Of a stretch of DNA of 64,000 nt, positions 30,305 through 39,895 are shown piece by piece. Source of the stretch: an uncultured virus (IMG/VR IMGVR_UViG_3300028602_000003) (Duplodnaviria; Heunggongvirae; Uroviricota; Caudoviricetes; Schitoviridae); IMG/VR virus record IMGVR_UViG_3300028602_000003; one strand, 5' to 3'. The number at the start of each line of letters is the position of its first letter. Position 1 is the first letter of the stretch. Both the position numbers and the translations under genes were made by a program. A model generated the notes under the pieces. That model was given only the letters and a program-made list of their open reading frames with translations, was not told the DNA's origin and searched no databases.

Positions 30305-31089
30305 CCTTAATGTTCAACATAGGTCGTTAGGCTATGCCCGGATAGTTAATCCAGCTGCATGTCACCATGCAGAGCAGACTATATCTTCATCCCAGTAGGA
30401 TGCTTCCCATTTCGAGCCACTTGGCCCTACGCTTTTCAGCTAGTCGTTGAACGTTCAAATTGGTTTGTCGATCCCGTGATTTGGGTGAAAACCATACTGA
30501 TCTAAGACGGCATTGCGGTCTGCAATGGCATCTTCAATCGAGTAATGAGATTTTAGGTGTACTCGTTTACCCTCAAATGTTACCTCAGCCATGAACTTCT
30601 TCTTGGAATTCTGCTTATTAATCCAGATTCCGGTGTGACCAGTTGAGTTGTCTGATCTCTTAGATTGGTTCCTGTTATTCACTGCCTGCGTCACATCAGT
30701 CAAATTCAGCAGTTTATTGTTCTGCTCGTTATGATCATTGTGATCGAGAAAACCAGTAGGCCATACCCCGTGGTGCAGCCTCCAAATGATGTGGTGTTCT
30801 GGGTATAAAAACCCATTCAACCTGATCACACGGTGCCCATGTGGGGATATAGAACCTGCCCTAGAGCCTACTACTACTTTTCTCGCGTTACCTTTTGCAA
30901 TCCAAGTTAGTTCCCCACTAAGGGGGTCATAACTTAAACGCTCTGACAGTTCTTGCTGAGTTACATCATGTTTTCTCATATTTGCTTCGCTGCTGATTGT
31001 CTGAAATATGATGGTACACCACTATCAGAGTTCCCAGCAATTAGAGAAGTTATCCTATGCTGCTTACGCAGCCAGGGCGCTAATTACTA
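30305..31089 (-). mobile_element. Group I intron with HNH ORF
   Basis: P AATTGCTGGGAA (31031-31042), Q AATCAGCAG (30990-30998), R GTTCAACGACTAG (30440-30452), S AAGATATAGTC (30377-30387); P1 with U.G pair; terminal G. Confidence 0.92.
30455..30979 (-). CDS. Intron-encoded HNH homing endonuclease with AP2-like C-terminus
   Basis: YDP.SG.LTW start, DHNDHNEQNNKLLNL HNH motif, NSTGHTGI. Confidence 0.9.
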   Translation of the reverse strand: MRKHDVTQQELSERLSYDPLSGELTWIAKGNARKVVVGSRAGSISPHGHRVIRLNGFLYPEHHIIWRLHHGVWPTGFLDHNDHNEQNNKLLNLTDVTQAVNNRNQSKRSDNSTGHTGIWINKQNSKKKFMAEVTFEGKRVHLKSHYSIEDAIADRNAVLDQYGFHPNHGIDKPI

Positions 31090-31588
31090 ACGCTTCCACG
31101 CCGTTATTCTTCAGGGCACCCTTGATTGGAACAAAGGTCTTCATTTCCCCTGCTTTCTCATCAAGCTCGTCTTTGACGTGAGCAATGATGATCACAGACT
31201 TCCCGAAGGTTGGTACATGACTCTGCATGATTCGTTTAAAGAACTGTGCATAGTCAGACCACCCTTGCATGGTGTTCGATGAACCAAGTACATACTGGGT
31301 TTCGAACATGTCCATGAGGAAGGTCATACTGTCAACGATCATTCCCTCAACCGAAGGATCTTCTTCGGTTGCGTAGATAAATGCTTCTTCTACCTGAAAT
31401 GGGTCGGTGATGTTAAAGCGTTGGAACTTGTTCTGGAAAGGCAGGCGTTTACCTGCCTCAGTACCTAGATACATCCAGTTCTGCTGATTGCGGATATTCC
31501 GCAAGCTTGCTGACTTACCAGCAGTAGACAAGCCAACAATCAGAACCAGTTGATCCAAGGAGATCTCACTTACATCTTCATCACTCAT
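31090..31588 (-). CDS. gp44-like AAA ATPase (Sak4-like), exon 1
   Basis: Walker A GLSTAGKS, Walker B IVDS. Confidence 0.85.
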
Positions 31589-31641
31589 TTGGTTCTCCCG
31601 CTTGATGACTAGCCAAGAAACAAGATCTTGGTTAATCAGGG

Positions 31642-33792
31642 TTACTGGATCTTGGTATACCGTTTAGCAACGGAGGTCAGGATTGTAGTATCAATCTCAG
31701 ACTCACCAAGGGGGTTGTTTAGCTTTTTGTTGAACGCATGCACTTGCTTGCTCACGTCCATCAGATCCATGCCGTTATCCACAAGGGCGAAGGCATACTT
31801 GATCATCTGGTTGTTACGGTTGCCTGAGGCAATACGTTGAGCAAACCAACGCTCAAGATTATCCAAGGACTGAACAGCAGAGAAACCCTGCTTAAACTGC
31901 TCATTCTTGGATGTTTTAGGGATGAATCCCAGAATATCCAGCAGCTCACCTTCAAGGTTGTAGTGGTAACTCCCATCAAAGGACTCCCACTTCTTAGCCC
32001 TTTGGTTCGCAGACTCATCAGTCTTGAACGGTAGCCAAGCCATTACGTTGTCCATGAACTCCTTGTAATCAGCTATGTCCAGCTCAAGGGTGTAGTTCAT
32101 AGGGATAATCAGCCTGAACCGATTCTCCTCATCGGTATGGCGTTTGGTGGTGTAGGTAAGGAACTTGTATTCCTTCAACAGCTCATGGACCGTATCAAGG
32201 CGAACATCCCCATCACAGTCGAGGGCAATCATGTTGAAGCCCACAAGCACGTTTTCTTCAGCACGGTGACCACCCTTGAATTGGTGGTTGGCCCAGTGCA
32301 TACCACTCTCTTGGGTCAGCATGTGCAGCTGATCGAATGGCACCAGCTCTGCGAGATAGTTGTAAGCCCAATGATCGCTATATGAGACAAGCATCTCATC
32401 AAGATTGGTCTCCTCAAGAGTTTCCCCCTTGAAGAACTCAATACCATCCACGAAGGACTTCTTGATAACGATATGCTTCTTGTAGCCCCAGGCTGTGGCC
32501 AAGGTCATCATTTCGTTACGGGCCGCATTACCAGACTTGTAGAATGGCAATGCTTCCAACAAATCAGCATGGGTAACTTCACCATCCACAGCTGCGATGT
32601 ACTTAGCCAGTTTGACGTAAGCCTTCTCACGGGTAAGGATGGACTGGAACGCTTTACCAGACTCTTCCACAAGCAGGATTGCTTGCTTCAGATGGCTCAT
32701 CTCAATCTCAATTGACTGATCAATGAAGGCCAATGTACCGGCCAGTTTGAGTGCCTTGAAGTAGCGGTGCTCCAGTTCTGCCTTACGAATCTCTTCGTGA
32801 TCGGCATATGTTTGGGACAGCTTTTCACACTCGATTTTGTAGGTAAGAAGCTCAATACCCACATCATCATCTACCACTACTTTCCAGCCATAAATGGATG
32901 GATCAGCCAGCTGGTGGAAGTGGTTTGCCCACTTGTTAATGATGGATGAGTTAGACGGACTAACTAGCCGTGTGTATATCTCAGCCGGGGTCAGCGTGTT
33001 GTGGGATTTTTCAGTGATCATTCCCCAACCAAACAGACAACGCCGAGCGTAACCGGTATCCAGAAAATCGTAGAAACGATCCTCAGTCTGCCCACCATCT
33101 AGCAATTTAGAGGGCGTACCGAACATGAGCAGGTTGGTTGGTGTTTTACCATCCATCTCCTCATTTCGTTGGTTCTCGGCTGTGTTCTTGGTCAGCTTTT
33201 GCTTAACCAAACCCTGGTCATACAGCTCCAAGTACATATTGAGAAGTTCGGTAGAACCATCAAGATTGGAACCAATTTCGTCAATTTGTAGGTTGATCGA
33301 ACCACAGTTGGCCATTACCAGTTTATGACGAAGCTGTTTAACAGCAGGCCCAGTACCGGAGTCGAACGTGAAAGGGATAGCCCCAGCACGGCGAAACTCG
33401 GTCTCAGCCTTTTCAAATTCGTCTTGCTGATCAGTGCCATTACGGGCTGCACGGTCATTGGCAATGTCCCAAAGATGCTTTTCAGCAACAACGGGAAAAG
33501 TGTCTTCCATGAAACGCTTCTTAAATCCTGCAAGCAGTTCATTTTCAACGATAGCTACTGAGTGCCCTTTGCCATAGCCAGAAGTGGCTAAGGCTAGGGC
33601 GTAAATATTGACCGGGATTTCACCACGATCTTTGGTGACGATCAGTGCTCGTTGACTACTTGCCATTTTGGCAAGGAAATACGCCACCTCCACACGAAAG
33701 AAACCACGATCAGTATTTTGTGTCTTTGCGCAAAGCACATCGACAATCTCTTCAATAGCCGGATGATGAGTTATCCCTACGAGATCTATCAT
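31642..33792 (-). CDS. DNA primase (N4 gp43/dns-like)
   Basis: 716 aa; SGYGKG P-loop, C-terminal prim-pol (LDCDG, YTTKRH) and PriCT-like GNRNN. Confidence 0.85.
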   Translation of the reverse strand: MIDLVGITHHPAIEEIVDVLCAKTQNTDRGFFRVEVAYFLAKMASSQRALIVTKDRGEIPVNIYALALATSGYGKGHSVAIVENELLAGFKKRFMEDTFPVVAEKHLWDIANDRAARNGTDQQDEFEKAETEFRRAGAIPFTFDSGTGPAVKQLRHKLVMANCGSINLQIDEIGSNLDGSTELLNMYLELYDQGLVKQKLTKNTAENQRNEEMDGKTPTNLLMFGTPSKLLDGGQTEDRFYDFLDTGYARRCLFGWGMITEKSHNTLTPAEIYTRLVSPSNSSIINKWANHFHQLADPSIYGWKVVVDDDVGIELLTYKIECEKLSQTYADHEEIRKAELEHRYFKALKLAGTLAFIDQSIEIEMSHLKQAILLVEESGKAFQSILTREKAYVKLAKYIAAVDGEVTHADLLEALPFYKSGNAARNEMMTLATAWGYKKHIVIKKSFVDGIEFFKGETLEETNLDEMLVSYSDHWAYNYLAELVPFDQLHMLTQESGMHWANHQFKGGHRAEENVLVGFNMIALDCDGDVRLDTVHELLKEYKFLTYTTKRHTDEENRFRLIIPMNYTLELDIADYKEFMDNVMAWLPFKTDESANQRAKKWESFDGSYHYNLEGELLDILGFIPKTSKNEQFKQGFSAVQSLDNLERWFAQRIASGNRNNQMIKYAFALVDNGMDLMDVSKQVHAFNKKLNNPLGESEIDTTILTSVAKRYTKIQ

Positions 33793-34301
33793 GGAAGTAG
33801 CCCCATCATTTTATTAGTGCGAGCAAAATTACCAAAATACTCTACGGCGGCTGCATCGTAAGCCGCAGCTGCTTCTTGGGGTGTATCAAAAGTACCAAGA
33901 TGTTTTGGAGCACCTTTGCTTAGTATTCTTGCAGTGAACTTTTTACGAAACATACGTACTCCTTTAAATCCTGAAATACGATCTGAATGCCCAGAAGAAT
34001 TACCTGAGTTTTGGGAATCTGTGGCTAATCTCAGATTGCTAAAAGCGTTATTGCTGCGGCAAGTATCTTCATGATCTATTCGAGCAGTCGGCCAAATTTT
34101 GTGTATGTAAAACCATGCCAAAACATGGGCGTAGTATCTTTTACCCAGCAGACGGATACTTATGTATCCATGGCTAGTTAAACTACCAGCCACAGCCCCT
34201 ATTTTTATTCGCCTAGCTGAACTGACAAGCCAAGTAAATTCTCCTGTACTCTCATCATATTTTAAGTTTTCTAACAGGGACTCGTGGCTGATTTTATCCA
34301 A
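33789..34301 (-). CDS. Free-standing HNH/AP2 endonuclease (probable TTG start at 34301)
   Basis: YDESTGEFTW, IDHEDTCRSNNAFSNLR, HLGTFDTPQEAAAAYD; AAGGA RBS before TTG; overlaps both neighbours. Confidence 0.85.
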   Translation of the reverse strand: MDKISHESLLENLKYDESTGEFTWLVSSARRIKIGAVAGSLTSHGYISIRLLGKRYYAHVLAWFYIHKIWPTARIDHEDTCRSNNAFSNLRLATDSQNSGNSSGHSDRISGFKGVRMFRKKFTARILSKGAPKHLGTFDTPQEAAAAYDAAAVEYFGNFARTNKMMGLLP

Positions 34302-35265
34302 AGTTGTATTTATCCTTTTGTTTACATAGGTCAAAAGCGTCGCAGTATCCACACCGTTTAGGTGTACCAGGGATTGTGATAACAACCCCCTTACTACCTT
34401 TCTCTACCTGAAAGGCTTTAGCTTCAGCCAAAGAATCAAAGTTTTTGGTAGAGCGCCCAGCAGTCTTGGTGGGGTCGGCATAGTACTTGTAGCTTGGGGT
34501 ACTCAGCCACAGCTCTTCATCAGTACACTCAGGGATTTCATGCTCAGGGGCATTGATGTACTTACTCACTTGGTTCAGCTTGTTGATGACCCAGTTTTCG
34601 GTATCAGTGATGTCAAGCAAAGGAATGTCCTTCGACTCAACACGTTTCTGAGGATACTTAGGATTCTGTCTGGCAGAGGCACCAGACCAATCAGTAAAGA
34701 TGTAGTTGATTCGGATAAAGTCCTCAGTGATCTTATCCGGGTTGAGCCAACGGTAGATGCTGCCTTGCAAGGCATGCTCATCGTCACGACCACCGTACAC
34801 CCAGGTGTAAGCAGAGGTGCTTTTCTGGTCCTGTACGATGCCCTCTGTGACCATATCGAACTTACCGCCAACGGTGTAACCGTTGATTTTGCGTAGAGCA
34901 CGCTGTTCGATGTAGACCAGGATAGGGTCTTTAAACGCTTTGGCTTCTTCATCGGTTGGGTTGATGAGTACCCGCTTAATCACTTCAGCCGGGTAACCAA
35001 GCTTTTGCAGATTACGCTGATAACCCTTAACCCATGATTTCTCAATGGAGTCATGCAGGGAGTTACCCATTGCACGAGGGATGTAGTCAGCTACGTCTGA
35101 GGTACGCATCTCTGGTGGTACACGACGAGGCAGCACGATTTGCCGGATAGGCTTCATCAGCGTGGTGGCAGAGATGTAATTCTCTTCACTGCTGTAATCG
35201 TAATCGTCATGAACCAACCAGACTGCTAGGGATAACGAGATCCCTGAGTTATTGGAGATCTTCAT
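34294..35265 (-). CDS. PD-(D/E)XK exonuclease (N4 gp42-like)
   Basis: GKFD...DQKST nuclease motif, C-terminal RCGYC..FDLC. Confidence 0.8.
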   Translation of the reverse strand: MKISNNSGISLSLAVWLVHDDYDYSSEENYISATTLMKPIRQIVLPRRVPPEMRTSDVADYIPRAMGNSLHDSIEKSWVKGYQRNLQKLGYPAEVIKRVLINPTDEEAKAFKDPILVYIEQRALRKINGYTVGGKFDMVTEGIVQDQKSTSAYTWVYGGRDDEHALQGSIYRWLNPDKITEDFIRINYIFTDWSGASARQNPKYPQKRVESKDIPLLDITDTENWVINKLNQVSKYINAPEHEIPECTDEELWLSTPSYKYYADPTKTAGRSTKNFDSLAEAKAFQVEKGSKGVVITIPGTPKRCGYCDAFDLCKQKDKYNFG

Positions 35266-35744
35266 ACGTCATCCTTCACTGGTGTTCCAGTGGATATGCG
35301 GTATTTAACAACGTCCATATCTACAAATAAGTGCCGCCACATTTGTTCAGATAGCTGCTGCATTAGGTAGGTCTTTCCTCCCCTGGTCACAGCATCTACG
35401 TACACTTCTGGGCCAACAGGCACAGAAAGCCCGTCATGTGTAATCCAGTCATCAGTAACAGGCTGAGCAGCCTCTTGTTGATACTGACGTAAGCTGGCTT
35501 GGGCGTAATGCACACGCTTTTCAGCGTCATACATAGCCTTCTGTCCTGCCTTACCATTGCCCATACGGGCAGCAGCAGTACGCCAGATAGCCTTGAACTC
35601 ACACCCCTCATCGAAGGTCATGCCAAGTGCTCGGATGATGTCTTCGCATTCAGCCTGATAGGCTGGCTGCTCAGTACGTTGGGGATGGTCCACCTTGACC
35701 AAGTAATAGTTGACTAGCCCTCCTGTGAGGGCTGTCTTTTCCAT
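35262..35744 (-). CDS. Hypothetical protein (DUF3310-like N-terminal domain)
   Basis: ECEDII.ALGMTF.EG..FKAIWR motif common in phages. Confidence 0.5.
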   Translation of the reverse strand: MEKTALTGGLVNYYLVKVDHPQRTEQPAYQAECEDIIRALGMTFDEGCEFKAIWRTAAARMGNGKAGQKAMYDAEKRVHYAQASLRQYQQEAAQPVTDDWITHDGLSVPVGPEVYVDAVTRGGKTYLMQQLSEQMWRHLFVDMDVVKYRISTGTPVKDDV

Positions 35745-36043
35745 TACTGCACCGTTGGGGCAGGTACGTTAAGGAACTCTTTTGGTTCCATGAGGCCCAG
35801 ATTGTTGATGGTCACAATCTGAACGTCTACCACGTTCATCGCCACACCTTGAGTGCGGCTATGCAGTTGCATTTGCAGCCCTTGCTGAGCACGGCCAAGG
35901 TCTTTGGTGGTGATCAGAGGAACCTCAGTGGTGATGATGGTATTCAGGCTGGTAGTGCCAACACCCTGATCTTCTTTACCTTCCTCAAAGAAGGTGACGG
36001 TGCCGTAGACAAGGTGGTAGTGCAGCTTTTGTTCAGTAGACAT
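35744..36043 (-). CDS. Hypothetical protein
   Basis: ATG at 36043 (MSTEQK) with GGAGA RBS; contiguous with neighbour. Confidence 0.55.
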   Translation of the reverse strand: MSTEQKLHYHLVYGTVTFFEEGKEDQGVGTTSLNTIITTEVPLITTKDLGRAQQGLQMQLHSRTQGVAMNVVDVQIVTINNLGLMEPKEFLNVPAPTVQ

Positions 36044-36099
36044 GCTTTTCTCCAGAGAATAGGGGGCCACCAACAGTGGATAAACCCCACACCAACAAA

Positions 36100-36936
36100 T
36101 CAGAGTGATTCAACGTGCTCTTGGATCAGACCACGTATTTCTTCTTCAGAAGCCCCGTTAGGGATTTCCATTTCATCCTTCCAGCTAGGCCAGAAGATGG
36201 ACAACTCACCACCTAAACCTACATCGGGGTGGCGAATATCAGGGTGATCCTGCCATTGCACAGCCTTCACCAGATGCTCATTCGTGAACATCATTACGTC
36301 GATGTCATCACGAATCATGGAGTATTGCGCATCATGGATGTGGGCACATGGTCGTATGGACAGGCGGTGTTTAGAGGCACGTACCTTAGCCCGGAACTCG
36401 TTACTAGCTCGTGAGTTCAGTAGGCACCAGCTTTGCCCAAGGGCATTACCGGCAGTACGTCCTTCTGCTGACGCAGCAAACGGGGTTTTACTGTTGTTCA
36501 GGATGACCTGTTTCAGCAGTGGGGTGCGTACACGGAGGCCGAATGCTACCGTCACGTAGCCGTCTTTGCTAGCCTGCTCAAGCTTATCGTTGATCCACTT
36601 ATCACTCTCTGCATAGAGTTCGTGATAGCGGGTTTCGATAGCTTGTGCTTTCTCTTTGGTCCAACCAAGGTTTCTCATCAAGGTGATGTATGTCCCTTGA
36701 TAAGTAAGGGCGAAAGTTGGGGCCTTGGACTCATCACGAAGATCAGGAAACTTCTTCTTGATTGAGTTAATGGACTCTACGGTATTCACGATCCCGGTCA
36801 TCTGATCAGGAAAATAGCTGAATGCGCGTAGGCAATGGCCATCGTAGCCGGCAGTTTTACCTGATTTTTTAATTGAAAAATTGGCCCCTATTGGGATTTC
36901 AATTGTTGATTTTGCTAAGGTTTCGTAGTGCTGCAT
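36100..36936 (-). CDS. DNA polymerase family A, C-terminal fragment (motifs B and C)
   Basis: GYDGHCLRA, RDESKAPTFALTYQG (motif B), IHDA (motif C); own GGAGG RBS 10 nt before ATG. Confidence 0.9.
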   Translation of the reverse strand: MQHYETLAKSTIEIPIGANFSIKKSGKTAGYDGHCLRAFSYFPDQMTGIVNTVESINSIKKKFPDLRDESKAPTFALTYQGTYITLMRNLGWTKEKAQAIETRYHELYAESDKWINDKLEQASKDGYVTVAFGLRVRTPLLKQVILNNSKTPFAASAEGRTAGNALGQSWCLLNSRASNEFRAKVRASKHRLSIRPCAHIHDAQYSMIRDDIDVMMFTNEHLVKAVQWQDHPDIRHPDVGLGGELSIFWPSWKDEMEIPNGASEEEIRGLIQEHVESL

Positions 36937-37438
36937 TACGTCGGGCCTCCCGCATAGCTTCAGTCCATTTATTGTGAATACCTAGCCGTTTAGCTGTATC
37001 GCGCAACATTTTAGAAAGAGTTTCGGGAGCGCGCCCAATTTCTATAGCTAATTCAGGAACTGGTTTACCTGCTAAGACAGCCGCAAGATGATTTTCTTTT
37101 TCATCAGCTGACATATAGCCGGGGCGTAATCCAGTTCTAAAAGCGTGCTCAATGTTTTCAACTGCTGAGCACCACTCTAAGTTACTAACATGATTGTTAG
37201 TTTTCACCCCGTCCTTATGATTTACTTGCGGATATTCATAAGGATTTGGTATGTAATGCAGTGCTACTAATCTGTGTACTGCAAATATCTTGTGACCTCC
37301 TCTCCCATCCGCTAACCCAACAACTAAGTAACCGTTGTTGTGTTTTATTGGGGCCAGAAGAGTGTTATTAGCTAGATTGATTACCCCACCAGAAACACTG
37401 ATTTTGTATCTGTTTTCATAACGCGCAATAGGCATCAT
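36899..37438 (-). CDS. HNH endonuclease (NUMOD4-like N-terminus) inserted in DNA polymerase gene
   Basis: VHRLVA...VNHKDGVKTNNHVSNLEW; overlaps both polymerase fragments. Confidence 0.9.
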   Translation of the reverse strand: MMPIARYENRYKISVSGGVINLANNTLLAPIKHNNGYLVVGLADGRGGHKIFAVHRLVALHYIPNPYEYPQVNHKDGVKTNNHVSNLEWCSAVENIEHAFRTGLRPGYMSADEKENHLAAVLAGKPVPELAIEIGRAPETLSKMLRDTAKRLGIHNKWTEAMREARRNAALRNLSKINN

Positions 37439-39380
37439 AGAATGCACCCCCAGTATAGGTTTTACCGTCGTGGATGATTGTAGCATCATCACGGATATGA
37501 TGGTCAACCCCATTTATGGTGAGGGTATAAATTACTACGCCGGTGTAAACCTTCAGCTTATTGCTGTCCTTTGTGGTCAGAGCACTGATTCGATCCTCCA
37601 GTGATGCAAAGTCCAGCCCAACAAACAACCAGCCTGGTGGTGCCTGGAAACAGGACTTGAGTAACTTGCCATAGATGCCCTTAACAGGCATGTTCTGTAG
37701 GTTGATCTTGCTGGAACTGAGCCGACCAGAGACTGTGCCACCAAGGTTGAAGTTACCAAACAAGTAGTGCCAACCATCTGGCCCCATAGGTGCATTCACC
37801 ATTGGTTCAATGAAGCTGGTGATCACTTTGTTTACTAACTTAAAGTCCACCAAAGCAGCCAGCAGTTCTTTCACTACTGGATCAGCAGTATGAAACTGAA
37901 GTGCCTTGAGGGTGTCTCCGTCAGTGGATGGTTGTTTGCTTTTAGTAAGCCCTAAAATAGGCAGACCCAAGCGGTTAAACAGTAGATCCTGAAGTTGGTC
38001 GTTTGAGTTGGGATTGAAGACTTCCTTGGCATCTGCCATAGACACACGTTTCTTCACGAGTGTCGTGTTCTTCATGTGTACCCATGCTTCATTCATCTCA
38101 TGGGTATACTTCTCAATAACAGGAGATTTGCGGATCTTAGTTAAAGCTGCTGCCTCGTCAGCAAGCAGAATAGCCTTAACCTCCATTACCCTCTTATGGT
38201 TCAGTGGCATGCCTGTTAGTTGCATCTCAACGATGTCTACACAGGTAGGCTTAAACAGGGTGTCATAAATCTCTAGTTGCTGGTCTCGTACCATAACGGG
38301 ATAGTTCTTTTCCCGTACATGCCATGTGCTGAGACTGTCTACCAAGTTGTACTGAAGCAGGCGCTCCAAAGGGATCTTGGTAATATCCTTGATCTCTTCC
38401 TCTGCATAATTACCTGCAAATTCCTGAGCTTGGTCTTTAAGCCCTAACTTGTTGCCAGCACAAGAGTTAGTGGCTAAGTAACTGATTTGCTTAGTGCAAT
38501 CGAAGTTACTCATCATCACATCCAATCCATGAAGTAGTCCCTCAGTATCAAGAAGGTCTTTCATATACAGCTGGTAAATCAGGATGTAGATGTCAAAGCA
38601 GGCATTGTGGTAGATGGCTTTTTGGGCGTATTTATCAAAGAACTCCCGCAATAAAGCACGGACTTCATGATTTACCATATTGGTTCCAAAGGGTGCTTTA
38701 GTAGCACCAGGAATCTCTTCATAGTCCACAGCGAAGGCAATGCCTTCATTCTTGTTCCATGCAAAAGAGATTGAACCAATACCGGCGTCATAGTGCTTTA
38801 GCCCAAACGCCTCAATGTCAATTGTGAGAGGACAGTTCATGTCGAGAAGCTTGTCCAACCACACCTTAATATCTTGGGTAGTTACCGGGTATTCGGCAAA
38901 GTGAATAATGTCTGCACCTGGGTCGGTGTAGTTATTCTGGTGCAGGGATATGACAGTCTCCATGCCCTGTTTAATCTTTGCCCCAATCTTCACAGGGTCA
39001 TAGAACATAGCCCGGTAGTTGGGAACGTAAACAACTTTGAAATCTCCATACCCAGAGTCCAATGCATAACCTAAATGGGCTTCTGCTTTGGCCACTCCAG
39101 CAAGTTCCTTGAAGTAGTCAGCATCAGCAACCACAACAATCTCTGCTTTAGCTGTTCTCAGTACGTCGGTAAGTACCTCTTTGCAGTACTGACGTATTTC
39201 AGAAACTGGAGTCTTCTTCTTGGTTTGGCTGTAAGACAGCCCTACGACGAGTACCTCATTGGGGTCTATGTTGAAGGGGGTAATGTAGGTCTTTGCAATA
39301 TCATCCTTACGGATTGTTGGAACCAAGAAGGTGATTGGATAGCCGTCCAATTCTTCTTCAGAGAAGACTAAGTAATTCAT
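37416..39380 (-). CDS. DNA polymerase family A, N-terminal fragment (3'-5' exonuclease and motif A)
   Basis: ExoI IDIEA, YHNACFD, YNLVD; GTVSGRLSS, INLQN, motif A DFASLEDR. Confidence 0.92.
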   Translation of the reverse strand: MNYLVFSEEELDGYPITFLVPTIRKDDIAKTYITPFNIDPNEVLVVGLSYSQTKKKTPVSEIRQYCKEVLTDVLRTAKAEIVVVADADYFKELAGVAKAEAHLGYALDSGYGDFKVVYVPNYRAMFYDPVKIGAKIKQGMETVISLHQNNYTDPGADIIHFAEYPVTTQDIKVWLDKLLDMNCPLTIDIEAFGLKHYDAGIGSISFAWNKNEGIAFAVDYEEIPGATKAPFGTNMVNHEVRALLREFFDKYAQKAIYHNACFDIYILIYQLYMKDLLDTEGLLHGLDVMMSNFDCTKQISYLATNSCAGNKLGLKDQAQEFAGNYAEEEIKDITKIPLERLLQYNLVDSLSTWHVREKNYPVMVRDQQLEIYDTLFKPTCVDIVEMQLTGMPLNHKRVMEVKAILLADEAAALTKIRKSPVIEKYTHEMNEAWVHMKNTTLVKKRVSMADAKEVFNPNSNDQLQDLLFNRLGLPILGLTKSKQPSTDGDTLKALQFHTADPVVKELLAALVDFKLVNKVITSFIEPMVNAPMGPDGWHYLFGNFNLGGTVSGRLSSSKINLQNMPVKGIYGKLLKSCFQAPPGWLFVGLDFASLEDRISALTTKDSNKLKVYTGVVIYTLTINGVDHHIRDDATIIHDGKTYTGGAFYDAYCAL

Positions 39381-39391
39381 AGGAATGGCCC

Positions 39392-39886
39392 TTAATAAAG
39401 CAGCCTAGTGGCTGAGTAGAACTCAATTTTGGGCAGTATCTTTTCGTACTGCCTCTTAAACATTTCATCCTTGGGTGCCCAGAAACCTTGGGCATATACC
39501 CGAGGGACTGACGCCAGGGCGGGAACCAAAGGGATAAGACACTCAGGCAGTGTGTCTCGTATTTCCTGAGTCGTCCCGCAGTGGAATAGCAATCTAGTAA
39601 GCATCTGCTCAATAGTCGCTTTGTCTAGCAAGACGCTATCCATGTCTTTGAGGTATGCATCCCCTTGGTTCCATAGCTGGAAGGTTAAAGAGGGCAGTGG
39701 CATAGCCACTATTTGACTCCCCTCAGGGATATAGTTTTTACCCTTAAACATGAACCCTCGGGTGGTTAGCTTGGATAGCTCCCTGTTATGGGTATCAAGC
39801 GTCTTCACTATCTGAGCTAGACGCCTGAACTCTGCTTCAAATAACTTCCCTGTTATTTGCTGAACAAGTATGCCAACAGCGCTCAT
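39392..39886 (-). CDS. N4 gp38-like hypothetical protein
   Basis: QEIRDTLPECL motif; lies between helicase and polymerase. Confidence 0.6.
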   Translation of the reverse strand: MSAVGILVQQITGKLFEAEFRRLAQIVKTLDTHNRELSKLTTRGFMFKGKNYIPEGSQIVAMPLPSLTFQLWNQGDAYLKDMDSVLLDKATIEQMLTRLLFHCGTTQEIRDTLPECLIPLVPALASVPRVYAQGFWAPKDEMFKRQYEKILPKIEFYSATRLLY

Positions 39887-39895
39887 AGGCACCTC

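Noticed and set aside
30051..30320. 89-aa ORF as an independent gene (likewise 53723-54139)
   Set aside because: These are second exons; their apparent start codons lie inside intron 3' ends.
34294..35265. Cas4/CRISPR system
   Set aside because: It is the conserved phage exonuclease; no repeat-spacer array or other cas genes were seen.
36850..37541. Group I intron, split intein or T4 gene 60-style ribosomal bypass as the explanation of the polymerase insert
   Set aside because: No P/Q/R/S core or room for one; no Cys/Ser start or His-Asn end; no stop codon right after a take-off codon, and the downstream fragment has its own strong RBS.
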